From: an uncultured Bacilli bacterium
GTDB taxonomy: Bacteria; Bacillota_I; Bacilli_A; RF39; UBA660
DNA length: 64,000 nt
Assembly (NCBI GenBank): GCA_910578855.1
Contig: CAJTRV010000004.1
Location: forward strand, 5,551 to 69,550
Direction: 5' to 3'
The notes under the pieces were generated by a model. That model had not been told where the DNA came from. It did not search any database and saw nothing but the letters and a program-made list of their open reading frames with translations. The position numbers were made by a program, and so were the translations under genes. How positions within the stretch are numbered: position 1 is the stretch's first letter; the number at the start of each line of letters is the position of its first letter. Positions 51,901 to 60,717 of the stretch are shown here, piece after piece.

Positions 51901-52397
51901 AGAAAGGGCATCCCCGCCTCGATCGCCGCTAAATGACTAACCGCCGCCATATCGCCTGCTTCTTCTGGATTAGATGAAGAAAGCATGGCAAAGCCAGTCA
52001 TTCTTGTCGCATAGACATCTTGATGATCCCCTAAAATACTAAGAGCATGAGTCGATAAACTACGGGCTGCTACATGCATTACACAAGGTAGCATTTCCCC
52101 GGCTATCTTATACATGTTGGGTATCATCAACAATAGACCTTGACTTGCTGTATAGGTAACTCCTAAAGTACCAGCTTGTAAAGCCCCATGCAAAACCCCG
52201 GCAGCCCCTGCTTCACTTTGCATCTCGACTACATGGACCTCGGTATCAAACAAATTTTTCATATTCTGACTGGCAAACGCCTCGACATGCTCGGCCATCG
52301 GACTCGACGGTGTAATCGGATATATGCTAGCAAGTTCTGTAAATAAATAAGAGACCCTTGCTACCGCCTCATTACCATCTATCATTAATTTTTTCAT
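48987..52397 (-). CDS. nifJ: Pyruvate:ferredoxin (flavodoxin) oxidoreductase
   Basis: 1136 aa. 2x4Fe-4S CxxCxxCxxxCP motifs and a TPP domain. Confidence 0.9.
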   Translation of the reverse strand: MKKLMIDGNEAVARVSYLFTELASIYPITPSSPMAEHVEAFASQNMKNLFDTEVHVVEMQSEAGAAGVLHGALQAGTLGVTYTASQGLLLMIPNMYKIAGEMLPCVMHVAARSLSTHALSILGDHQDVYATRMTGFAMLSSSNPEEAGDMAAVSHLAAIEAGMPFLHFFDGFRTSHELSTVTLLERDDLAPLLNKKKVEKFRTHSLLGETPYTIGTNQNDDIYFQATEARNQAYDAIPDIVNDYMTKINRIKGTHYQPFEYYGSSVAEHIIVAMGSVTETIKETIDVLNEQGYQVGLIIVHLYRPFSPKYLLQVLPTTVQRIAVLDRTKESGSVGEPLYLDIKSVLGDNISVYGGRYGLSSKNTTPADIKAVYDFLRKQPFHNFTVGIIDDVTHLSLPVDHHFYISSSHEMRIYGYGSDGMISASKSLLKLIGTSKNQYIQGYFQYDSKKSGGVTISHLRISEHPIRSTYYVEHPRIVVISKDTYLDDFDCFHGICKNGIVLINTAKTEEELNHLLTPKDKQLLRDQNITCYTIHAYALARKLGLKDKISMIMESAILSLLEDFSHEEMKQELIQYIQHHFYKKGHKVVEANIQALDQALSYITRISIYDTDDAEILDLANKSVINALQNRTANLLPTSAFLKGADGKFYYDEKETMKRGISALVPEWISSNCIQCNQCSFVCPHSVIRPFLLTEAEYQEAPDIVKQRAIKAKTPDLSDYYYLLAVSIQNCTGCGLCIKTCPAIPKALTEISLDDSKRNHEQEIFDYVNQHVTEKPVGNKYTIKGSQFRKPKFEFCGACAGCGEPAYIKLLTQLFGEQLVIANATGCSSIYGASVPTLPYQVSWGSSLFEDNAEYGYGILLSEQLKQERMRALVAKYQREYPIFETWLEQHHDLDQVKELYHTLSTMKLPSELENYRSDFLTKTVWCIGGDGWAYDIGYSGIDHVLSRSDNINILVLDTEVYSNTGGQSSKASPKGTIASFTSSGKKLAKKDLAAIALMYPHVYVAQVSLGGNMQQVIRVMREAANYDGPSIIIAYAPCIAHGLIGGMQESIASEKLAVTCGYFPIFHRHPETGKFLLDYKNVDFDQYENYLRSQLRYQMLETVNPDHAKELFEQNKQDAMRRFQSYQELASKKDC

Positions 52398-52524
52398 AAG
52401 ATCCTCCTTTTAAGCATACGAAAGAAACATTCTATCTATTAATATTTTATCACAAAATTCTATATTATGGGCCCTGGAAACAAGATTTACCAAAAAAGAG
52501 TAGCATCATCGCTACTTTCAATAA

Positions 52525-53151
52525 TTACTTTGTATCTAATTCATCTAAAATATTACGCATTTTCCCTTTGATCCGTTGTAAAGCATTATCGATAGACTTC
52601 GTATTCTTATCTAAAATGCTGGCAATTTCATCATAGGAAAAATGGTTAAGTTTTAATTCAAATACCTGCAATTCAAGATCAGTTAACTGATCTTTGATTA
52701 AATTGGATAAGATATGTTCCCGTTCACTATTTAATAAAACATGTTCTGGATCCGTAGTTTCATCACGTAATAGATAATCAGCATAGACCATTTCATTATC
52801 ATCACCACGCACTTCAAAAGGAACTGATTCATTGAGAATTTTATGTTTCATTCGACGGGTGCTAACAGCTGCAGTAATGATTTTCCGTTCAATACACGTT
52901 TTAGCAAACGTATAAAAAGTAATATTCTTTTTTTCATTAAAGTGATCAATCGCTTTCGATAGACCTAACATCCCTTCTTGAATCAAATCATTGAGTTCGA
53001 GGCCACCATTTTCACAATAAGGAAGCATTTTCTTCGCAAAATTAACAATTAATGGTTTATATTTATCGTATAAAAGAGTTTCTGCTTCATCACTATGTTC
53101 TGCAATCGCATAATTTACCAACTCATAATCATTAAGATCTTTATAATTCAT
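52525..53151 (-). CDS. sigH: RNA polymerase sporulation/stationary-phase sigma factor SigH
   Basis: KSIDNALQR region-4 motif. Operon context rbgA-mrnC-rlmB-sigH. Confidence 0.8.
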   Translation of the reverse strand: MNYKDLNDYELVNYAIAEHSDEAETLLYDKYKPLIVNFAKKMLPYCENGGLELNDLIQEGMLGLSKAIDHFNEKKNITFYTFAKTCIERKIITAAVSTRRMKHKILNESVPFEVRGDDNEMVYADYLLRDETTDPEHVLLNSEREHILSNLIKDQLTDLELQVFELKLNHFSYDEIASILDKNTKSIDNALQRIKGKMRNILDELDTK

Positions 53152-53157
53152 AAGAAC

Positions 53158-53853
53158 CTACTTTCTAAGTCTTACTGCTTCATAAATAATAATCCCGGCA
53201 GCCACCGAGGCATTTAGACTATTGGTCTTACCCTTCATAGGAATACTGGCAATAAAATCACAGTTTTCTCTGACCATTCGCGCCAAACCGTCACCTTCAT
53301 TTCCTATCACAATCGCACATTTTCCACGATAATCAATATCGCTATAGTCTTCACCCTCCATATCTGTTCCAACAATCCAAAACCCCTGTTTCTTTAAATA
53401 ACGCATCGTATTATTTAGATTGGTTACCTGGGCTATTTTCATATAATCAATCGCCCCCGTACTCACTTTAATAACCGTTGGGGTTACCCCAACAGATCGA
53501 TGTTCTGGAATAATAATTCCATCCACTCCAGCCGCTTCACAAGTACGAATAATCGCACCTAAGTTATGAGGATCTTCTAAATGATCGAGAATGACAATGA
53601 GTGGGTTGTCCCCTTGAATTAGGGTTTCTATTTCATCATACTGAAAATCAGGAACTTGCAAAACAATTCCTTGATGATTTCCTTTAACCATTTGATCCAA
53701 CTGTCTTTTTTCGACATAGCGAATTGGAGCTGCAGTCGTGGCAAGGGCACCTATGACTTCGTTATCCCGAAATTGTTTGGATAAGTAAACCCGTTTTATT
53801 TTCTTGTTCGTCTTAATTGTTTCTAATGCGACATTTTTTCCATAGATATACAT
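53158..53853 (-). CDS. rlmB: 23S rRNA (guanosine-2'-O)-methyltransferase RlmB (SpoU family)
   Basis: SpoU motifs GNEGDGL, SLNASVAAGI. Confidence 0.85.
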   Translation of the reverse strand: MYIYGKNVALETIKTNKKIKRVYLSKQFRDNEVIGALATTAAPIRYVEKRQLDQMVKGNHQGIVLQVPDFQYDEIETLIQGDNPLIVILDHLEDPHNLGAIIRTCEAAGVDGIIIPEHRSVGVTPTVIKVSTGAIDYMKIAQVTNLNNTMRYLKKQGFWIVGTDMEGEDYSDIDYRGKCAIVIGNEGDGLARMVRENCDFIASIPMKGKTNSLNASVAAGIIIYEAVRLRK

Positions 53854-54230
53854 AATTTTTCTCCTAACATTATTTCCATAATTTCTTGAATTCGATTAAA
53901 GTGACCATTTAGATAATGATACCCAATTAATGCTTCTAAACCAGTTGATTCTTTATAAGTTACAATGTCAGTATGCTTAGGATGACGAGATCCTTTATGA
54001 TTCCTGGCACGTTTCACAATCTGAATCTCTTCGGTTGTTAATGATTCCTGATCTAGTAACATTTTTAAATAACGACTTTGGGCTTTGGCACTAACATATT
54101 GAACAGCTTCTTTCTGAAGATCATTCACTTTACAAAGACCTTTTTTTAATAACAGAGTCCGAATAACAACTTCATAAATACTATCACCAACATAAGCCAA
54201 CGCCAAAACATTTAGGCAATCTGTTTTCAT
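53823..54230 (-). CDS. mrnC: Mini-ribonuclease 3
   Basis: LALAYVGDSIYE RNase III-like motif. 135 aa. Confidence 0.8.
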   Translation of the reverse strand: MKTDCLNVLALAYVGDSIYEVVIRTLLLKKGLCKVNDLQKEAVQYVSAKAQSRYLKMLLDQESLTTEEIQIVKRARNHKGSRHPKHTDIVTYKESTGLEALIGYHYLNGHFNRIQEIMEIMLGEKLCISMEKMSH

Positions 54231-55108
54231 ACAAGTTCCTCAATTCGATCAAAGGTAATTCCTTTTATTAGACCACTTTTCATATCGTTTAAAATGAGAT
54301 TCATCACGCGGTCATAATCAATTTCCCCACCCTGAATCATACATCCTCGACGTTTACCAATGATATCCAACGTGTTAACCATATCTTCTTCATCAATAGT
54401 CGTAATTCCATAACGTGATTCTAACTCCTGAGGATAATAAGTATATAGCATGTTCAAAATGTAACAGACCACATCATAAATAGGCAATACTTCCTCTTTA
54501 ATTGCCGTTAAACTTGCGAGATTAAGGGCAATAGTTTGATCATCAAACTTCGGCCATAGTACCCCTGGTGAGTCTAACAATTCAAGACGCTGATTGATGC
54601 GAATCCAATCCAATGACTTCGTCACTCCAGGACGGTTTCCAACATTGGCAACCTTTTTTCCAACTAAGCGATTGATCAATGTGCTCTTTCCAACATTGGG
54701 AATCCCGACAACAAGGACCCGAATACGTCTTGATTTCATTCCTCTAGCAATCATATCATCCATCTTATCTTGCATCATCGCTTCAGTCTTTTTCACTATT
54801 CCGGTTGTACTTTGTTGATGCTCTAAATCAACCCCCATTACTTGATAACCTAGTTGTTCATAATACCGAATCCAGCGCTCTGTTTCTTTTTTATCACATA
54901 GATCCATCTTGGTCATAATTAACAACTTCGGCTTATTTCCAATAATCGATTCAATATCTTGAATCTTTGATGAGTATGGCATCCGAGCATCGATTACTTC
55001 ATAAACAACATCAATAACACTCATTTTTTCCTTCATAATTCGCTTGGCTTTCGCCATGTGACCGGGATACCAGTTGATTGTCGTATTTTGTCCTTTATTG
55101 TCGTTCAT
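54227..55108 (-). CDS. rbgA: Ribosome biogenesis GTPase A
   Basis: WYPGHMAKAKR, DARMP and NVGKSTLINRL circularly permuted GTPase motifs. The start MNDNKG has an AGGAAGTG RBS. Confidence 0.85.
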   Translation of the reverse strand: MNDNKGQNTTINWYPGHMAKAKRIMKEKMSVIDVVYEVIDARMPYSSKIQDIESIIGNKPKLLIMTKMDLCDKKETERWIRYYEQLGYQVMGVDLEHQQSTTGIVKKTEAMMQDKMDDMIARGMKSRRIRVLVVGIPNVGKSTLINRLVGKKVANVGNRPGVTKSLDWIRINQRLELLDSPGVLWPKFDDQTIALNLASLTAIKEEVLPIYDVVCYILNMLYTYYPQELESRYGITTIDEEDMVNTLDIIGKRRGCMIQGGEIDYDRVMNLILNDMKSGLIKGITFDRIEELV

Positions 55109-55559
55109 TTGTTTCACTTCCTTTAGATTTATTTTTATATTTAACATATTCTTCAATTTTTTTATTATAGTTCTTTAAATCTTCTACAAATTGAGGCTTA
55201 AATTGATTTAAATAATCAATGATTAAATCAGCATATTCATCAATATTTTCATCATCAACTATATCTATGAGATATTTATTGATTCCTTTTTTAGTATTTA
55301 TTCTTTCTACATAAAAGGCTAACAAATTAGTTGGACCTATTTTTTCTTTTGCTGATAAAACAATAGAAATCAAATTTTCTCTTGATGCATAATATCTCGG
55401 TTTAAATCCATTTGACCTAGAAAATAATATCAAAGTACAACCAATAAATAATTTATCTGAACCATTTTTAGGAAATGTTTTGTTTGCAAATTCAATTAAA
55501 CTTTCTGTATTACCCTGTTCGTAATCATCATATAGTTCCATTAAAATTCTATTTATCAT
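55095..55559 (-). CDS. Hypothetical protein (cassette 1 variable partner B1); its stop overlaps the rbgA start by 14 nt
   Basis: 154 aa. The C-terminal residues KSKGSETNERQ are encoded by the rbgA RBS region. Confidence 0.5.
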   Translation of the reverse strand: MINRILMELYDDYEQGNTESLIEFANKTFPKNGSDKLFIGCTLILFSRSNGFKPRYYASRENLISIVLSAKEKIGPTNLLAFYVERINTKKGINKYLIDIVDDENIDEYADLIIDYLNQFKPQFVEDLKNYNKKIEEYVKYKNKSKGSETNERQ

Positions 55560-55569
55560 TTTATCTCCT

Positions 55570-55845
55570 CTATTTATATAGACTTTTTATAACTCTATTA
55601 ATGCAATCTTTGGCACTTCTGTTATTATTTGAAAAACTAATTTTTACTAATGTCCCATTTACTTTAAAAGCATATGGATTCTTTGTGGAAGCAATAAAAT
55701 CCAATATTCTTTCATTACTAGGTTTTCTTCTATCTATTTTTATATTTGTTATTTCATCCACATCTTCTAATTTTACATCATCAAGATTTACATTTCTACA
55801 TCTTTCTAATTTTTCTGCTAATTCTTTAATATTATATTTATTCAT
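55570..55845 (-). CDS. Small conserved protein A1 (paralogue of 57697-57996)
   Basis: MNKYNIKELAEKLERCRNVNLDDVKLEDVDEI...: 47 of the first 49 aa are identical to A2. Confidence 0.55.
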   Translation of the reverse strand: MNKYNIKELAEKLERCRNVNLDDVKLEDVDEITNIKIDRRKPSNERILDFIASTKNPYAFKVNGTLVKISFSNNNRSAKDCINRVIKSLYK

Positions 55846-55927
55846 AAAATCACACTCCATATTAATTATAAAATCAAATACAATTAATGTTAAATGTGCA
55901 ATTTTTTATTATAAATGATAATCTTTA

Positions 55928-56953
55928 CTAATCTTTATTATTTTCTGAAGTTTCTAATAATTTTGTACTTTCAATAAATTTATCGAAGTCAGAAATATAT
56001 AATTGGTCTTGTTTTTCCTTAAACTTATCATACTCTTTATATGCAAGTTCTTGAGCCACTTTATGAGATATTTTTCCTGCATCATGCAGTATTTCTTGCC
56101 CATTAAATTGTAAAAACGCATCCAATTTTTCTACCCAATCTTTCATTGTCATCGCATTATGATTTTCTGCTTGTAATTCAGCATAATCTAAATACATAGT
56201 AACTATTCTATTTAAGTTTTTTAATTCTTTTTCTGTCAAATAATTTTTAGCAATATCAACATCATATTTATAAATCGTTCCATCAGGAGAACCTGTCCAA
56301 TTTGTTAAACCCATATTGTCTTTTTCTGAATCAACTCTATTATAAATAATCTCTGCAGCAGTATTACCAGTGACTGAATAATGAAGTTTATTCTGCACAG
56401 TTTTAAAAAAAGTTTTAGTGATTTCTGAATCTTTATCATAATCAACACTACAAGATGAATATATATCTGTTATCTTTTGGTAAAATCTTCTTTCACTAGA
56501 ACGAATATTTCTAATTCTTTCTAGTGTTCTTTCAAAATAATCTTCTCCAAAAATATAATTTGGATTTTTTAATCTCTCGTCATCCATAACAACGCCAGTA
56601 ATTAAGTATTCTTTTAGAACTTTTGTTGCCCATATTCTAAATTGCGTTGCTTTTTTGGAATTAACTCTATAACCTACAGCAATAATCATATCTAAATTGT
56701 ATATTTTAGATTTTCTTCCACCTGTACTTTCGTCGGAAATTCCGACAGAAGTTTCTTCCTTAAGTTCACCACTATTTAATATATTATTAATATGTTCTGT
56801 TATGGTACTTCTACCTACTCCAAATAATTCAGCAATCAAATTTTGCGTCAACCAAATATCATTATTAATTAATAATACATTCACTTTGATATCATTATTA
56901 TCATCACGATATATTAAAAAGTCGTGGGTAGTTATTTGTAAATTATTTTTCAT
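55928..56953 (-). CDS. RhuM-family (virulence protein RhuM / Bro-N-like) protein
   Basis: WLTQ..IAELFG...TI.EHI.NI...GEL...S...YNLDMIIAVGYRVNSKKATQFRIWATKVLKEYL...DDERLKN matches the RhuM family core. Confidence 0.7.
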   Translation of the reverse strand: MKNNLQITTHDFLIYRDDNNDIKVNVLLINNDIWLTQNLIAELFGVGRSTITEHINNILNSGELKEETSVGISDESTGGRKSKIYNLDMIIAVGYRVNSKKATQFRIWATKVLKEYLITGVVMDDERLKNPNYIFGEDYFERTLERIRNIRSSERRFYQKITDIYSSCSVDYDKDSEITKTFFKTVQNKLHYSVTGNTAAEIIYNRVDSEKDNMGLTNWTGSPDGTIYKYDVDIAKNYLTEKELKNLNRIVTMYLDYAELQAENHNAMTMKDWVEKLDAFLQFNGQEILHDAGKISHKVAQELAYKEYDKFKEKQDQLYISDFDKFIESTKLLETSENNKD

Positions 56954-57215
56954 TTATTTTCACCGCTTTCTTATGTTCTTAAATGTCGTAATCACCTATC
57001 TAATTTCTATTATAAATAGCGCAAAAATTACTATATTTTTATGAATTTTTATTGTTTTTTATCATTTTTTAATGAAAACATGCAAGATATAAATTGGATA
57101 GTTTCCTTTATTTATAAGGGTTTAAGGGTGTTCTTAATTAAATCGTAATCAACCAGTTTATGTTTGCCTGATTTTGTCGATTTTCATTATTCATTTATTT
57201 CACTTCCTTCAATTC
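56954..57215. repeat. Inter-cassette repeat R1 with a leader/promoter region plus a pseudo-copy of the rbgA RBS + 18 codons (MNNENRQNQANINWLITI*)
   Basis: About 85% identical to 58900-59160. The pseudo-rbgA start lies at 57138-57194 on the minus strand. Confidence 0.7.
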
Positions 57216-57704
57216 AATATTATTTTCTAATAAAACGCTTTCTAATGTTTCATTTTCGTTTATAATATATAAGTTCTCATAATTTCTTTGCAAACAATCC
57301 TCATAGAATGGAACAAATACATTTCCCAAGCCACTAATAAAACTTTCATTATTACCTCGATTTATACACTTTCTCTTTACATCTTCCCAATTATTAATAT
57401 TAGGATATGCTATACTGTATTTAATATTATTTTTATCGAAATAATCGAAGTGTTCTGGTTTTAATTGAACTAAAACAACATCATATTCCTTTATAGCCAT
57501 TCGAATGGCTTTATAGTAATTCTTTGGCCATTCACTATTTACTTCTCTTTTCGTTCCTTTTCTTGCTTCAACAGGTACATTTTCAAGATTAGTATTAATA
57601 TATTTAAAATTACTCGATTCTAAATCAATTACATTCCTATATTTTTTACCCAAAATGCTTTTTCCACACGTTGCAAATCCTGCAATTATTATTCCCTTAG
57701 CCAT
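57195..57704 (-). CDS. Small P-loop NTPase/kinase (zeta-toxin/AAA_33-like)
   Basis: GFATCGKS Walker A. 169 aa. The C-terminal LKEVK* is encoded by the RBS copy of R1. Confidence 0.6.
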   Translation of the reverse strand: MAKGIIIAGFATCGKSILGKKYRNVIDLESSNFKYINTNLENVPVEARKGTKREVNSEWPKNYYKAIRMAIKEYDVVLVQLKPEHFDYFDKNNIKYSIAYPNINNWEDVKRKCINRGNNESFISGLGNVFVPFYEDCLQRNYENLYIINENETLESVLLENNIELKEVK

Positions 57705-57996
57705 TATTTACCTCTTGTCTATATAAATTTTCTAAAATTTTAGTTAAACAATCATCTGCAGTTAAATTACTATTTTCTGAAAATCTTATTCTAACTAATT
57801 TCCCATTGACTTTAAATATATATGGGTTCTTTTTCTTCATTACAAACGCTAATATTCTTTCATTACTAGGTTTTCTTCTATCTATTTTTATATCTGTTAT
57901 TTCATCCACATCTTCTAATTTTACATCGTCAAGATTTACATTTCTACATCTCTCTAATTTTTCTGCTAATTCTTTAATATTATGTTTATTCATATT
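57697..57996 (-). CDS. Small conserved protein A2 (paralogue of A1); overlaps the downstream kinase gene by 8 nt
   Basis: MNKHNIKELAEKLERCRNV...: the 5' half is ~95% identical to A1 at the nucleotide level. The C-terminal third is divergent. Confidence 0.55.
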   Translation of the reverse strand, partial: NMNKHNIKELAEKLERCRNVNLDDVKLEDVDEITDIKIDRRKPSNERILAFVMKKKNPYIFKVNGKLVRIRFSENSNLTADDCLTKILENLYRQEVNNG

Positions 57997-58056
57997 ATAC
58001 CTTCTTTCTATAATAATTTTATTATTTAGAAAGAAATAACACAAATGTGCAAAATA

Positions 58057-58899
58057 CTAGATATTATCTTTTTCTCCTAATAGTTTTATCTTTTCTGCAT
58101 TATTAAGTATATCAAGTTGATACTTAGCAATGCTACTTAATATTTCAAATCTTTCTTCTTTGCTTTTTCCTTCTTTAATTAGTTCTGCATTATGTGATTC
58201 TAAATTAGATAATACTGTTAATTCATTTATCGATGCATAATCTCTAACATTTGAGTTTTTTGCTAAATTCGGATTAAGTTCTCTCCATCTTTTAGCAGTT
58301 GTGTTAAATAAGGCAACATTTAAAATATCTGCTTCTTCTGCATACTTTAACCATTCTCTATCTTTATAATAATCATTATCAGGTAATATATAATTTTTAA
58401 TTGCATCTGTATGAATAAGATAATTATTTTTGGTTAAGATTCTTTTTATATCCCATTCCCTATTTTGATTTTCTAACTCTTTTAGTCTTTCAAATTCTTT
58501 TATCAAATATAGTTTAAAAACCGGACTAATAGAAGATGCAAATTCAAAAGCAATGTCTTTATGAGCATAAGTTCCACCATATTTTCCACGCTTCGAATAT
58601 ATCCCAATTGCATTTGTTTTACTACACCATTCTGTAACACTTAGTGTAAAAGTATGAAGTCCTGCCTCACTTTTAAACCCGTCGAATTCGACGGAATTAA
58701 AATTTGGATTGTAAATTGACTCCCAAGTACCTAAAAATTCTAAAGTAATTCTATTTCTTAACCAATTTCTGATAACATCATCTGATGTAGATTTTCCTTC
58801 TTTAAACTTGGTAAAATCAGAAATACAAATATAATCGCTATCATTTATATTTGTTATGTTCACTTTAATATTTTGAACTTCAATTATTTTGTTTGGCAT
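58057..58899 (-). CDS. KilA-N domain protein
   Basis: IRNWLRNRITLEFLGTWESIYNPNF...GGTYAHKDIAFEFASSISPVFKLYLIKEFERLKE matches the KilA-N family. Confidence 0.7.
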   Translation of the reverse strand: MPNKIIEVQNIKVNITNINDSDYICISDFTKFKEGKSTSDDVIRNWLRNRITLEFLGTWESIYNPNFNSVEFDGFKSEAGLHTFTLSVTEWCSKTNAIGIYSKRGKYGGTYAHKDIAFEFASSISPVFKLYLIKEFERLKELENQNREWDIKRILTKNNYLIHTDAIKNYILPDNDYYKDREWLKYAEEADILNVALFNTTAKRWRELNPNLAKNSNVRDYASINELTVLSNLESHNAELIKEGKSKEERFEILSSIAKYQLDILNNAEKIKLLGEKDNI

Positions 58900-59160
58900 A
58901 TATTCGCCTCTTTTCCATGTCCTTAAAATTCGTAATCACCTATCTAATTCTTATAATAAATAATACCAAAATTATTAGTTTTTATATTTTTAATTATTTT
59001 TTAATGAAAATATGCAAGATCTAATCTAGATAATTTTCTTTATTTATAAGGGTTTAATGGTATTCTTAATTAAATCGTAATCAGCCAGTTTATGTTTGCC
59101 TGATTTTGTCGATTTTCATTATTCATTTGTTTCACTTCCTTTATTATTTAACATTGAGAA
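58900..59160. repeat. Inter-cassette repeat R2 (pseudo-rbgA start at 59070-59126 on the minus strand)
   Basis: Homologous to R1. Ends with cattattcatttgtttcacttccttta, identical to the real rbgA RBS region. Confidence 0.7.
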
Positions 59161-59312
59161 TTTAAAAAATTTGCAATTTGTTCTAAATTTTTAAATATTT
59201 TTCCATCATTTCTTATAACTATTCCTCTTGCACCATATCTCATTCTAGGCTCATTCATTTCAATCATACTTTCGCCTAAATCTTCATCAGTTATTTTACA
59301 TATTAATTTCAT
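59148..59312 (-). pseudogene. 54-aa ORF, probable truncated remnant (NUDIX-like N-terminus?)
   Basis: MKLICKITDEDLGESMIEMNEPRMRYGARGIVIRNDGKIF...: it terminates inside R2. Confidence 0.25.
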
Positions 59313-59338
59313 TAATATCATCTCGCTTTCATTTTATA

Positions 59339-59863
59339 TTACAACTTGTATTCTTTTATCTCACAATTCTTCAATCCACGATTTAAAAACCAACCATCAT
59401 TAATGCCATCAAAATATGCACTAAAAGCTTTTGAAACACCACTATGTGCAACAATTAAAACACTTTTATAATTTTGAGTTTTAAGTTCATCTAAAAAATT
59501 ATATATTCTATCAAAAAAGTCTTTTATATTTTCAGAGGTTCCATATTGAATTGTTGTATTATAATTCCAATATTCATCACGATTAGTTATTTCAAGAGGT
59601 TTACCACTTAAATCTCCACAACTTCTTTCTTGAATTCTATCATCAATAATAATTTCATTATTATTAGCATTAATAATATTAGCTGTGTGTTTTGCCCTAA
59701 TTAAAGGTGAAGAAATTATAATATCAAAGTTTATATCTTTAATTTTGTCTCTTAATTCTTCTGCTTGACTTATTCCAAGTTCAGTTAAATCTTCATCTTT
59801 TGTATTATATTGTTTCAATGCATTATGAGGTACTTCACCATGTCTTACTATATATATTTTCAT
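59339..59863 (-). CDS. Histidine phosphatase family (phosphoglycerate-mutase-like) protein
   Basis: IVRHGE catalytic motif and AHSG. Confidence 0.7.
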   Translation of the reverse strand: MKIYIVRHGEVPHNALKQYNTKDEDLTELGISQAEELRDKIKDINFDIIISSPLIRAKHTANIINANNNEIIIDDRIQERSCGDLSGKPLEITNRDEYWNYNTTIQYGTSENIKDFFDRIYNFLDELKTQNYKSVLIVAHSGVSKAFSAYFDGINDGWFLNRGLKNCEIKEYKL

Positions 59864-60084
59864 TTATTGACTCCTTTTTTATAGAATTTTTATAGTAACA
59901 TTTTATCATCGAGGATATATATTTATTTTATTATTGATACCATTATATTAAAATCATACTCATTTTTACTATTTTTATCTGTTTCTAAGGTTATATGATT
60001 ATTCTCTGTTTTTCCTTTAAAATAAAGCAAATCAGCTATTTTAAATTGTCGTGTCATTTCGCGTACACAAGCCAGGAAGTCAGG

Positions 60085-60710
60085 CCCATATGTTCTTTAT
60101 TTGAATCAACTCTATTATATATAATTTCTGCTGTTTGTTTTGATACAGCAAAATGCATTTTGTTTTGTACTTTTTTAAAAAATTCAATTGATATTGGAGA
60201 TTTAAAATCATAGTCAATACTTGTAGCATATATATCTGTTATTTTTTGATAAAATCGCCTTTCTGATAACCTTATTTCTCTAATTTCTTCTAATAATTTT
60301 TCAAAATAATCTTCTCCAAAAATATAATTTGGATTTTTTTATCTTTCGTCATCCATAACAGCATCATTAATTAGATATTCTTTTAAAACCTTTGTTGCCC
60401 ATATTTTAAATTCTGTTGCTTTTTTAGAATTGATCCTGTATCCAACTACAATAATTACATCTAAATTATATATTTTGGTTTTATATTTTTTACCATCAGA
60501 GGCAGTTATCGAGGATTCCTCGATAACTGAATCCTGATTTAATGCATTATCTTTAGAAATTGCAGATTTTTTTATTTCCTTTTCATATAAATCTCTAGCA
60601 CCTTTAGCAACTCCTCCGCCTCTTTTTGCTACATTTAAATTTTCTTTTAAACCTTGCGGATGTTCTTCTCTTGCAATATCTCGTGTTGCAATCTCTCCTA
60701 TATTTGTTCA
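60085..60710 (-). pseudogene. Degenerate second copy of a RhuM-family gene (middle/C-terminal part, frameshifted)
   Basis: Nucleotide similarity to 56230-56760 (shared strings such as tcttctccaaaaatataatttggattttt, tgttgcccatatt). Absent from the ORF track because of stops. Confidence 0.55.
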
Positions 60711-60717
60711 CTAGCTT

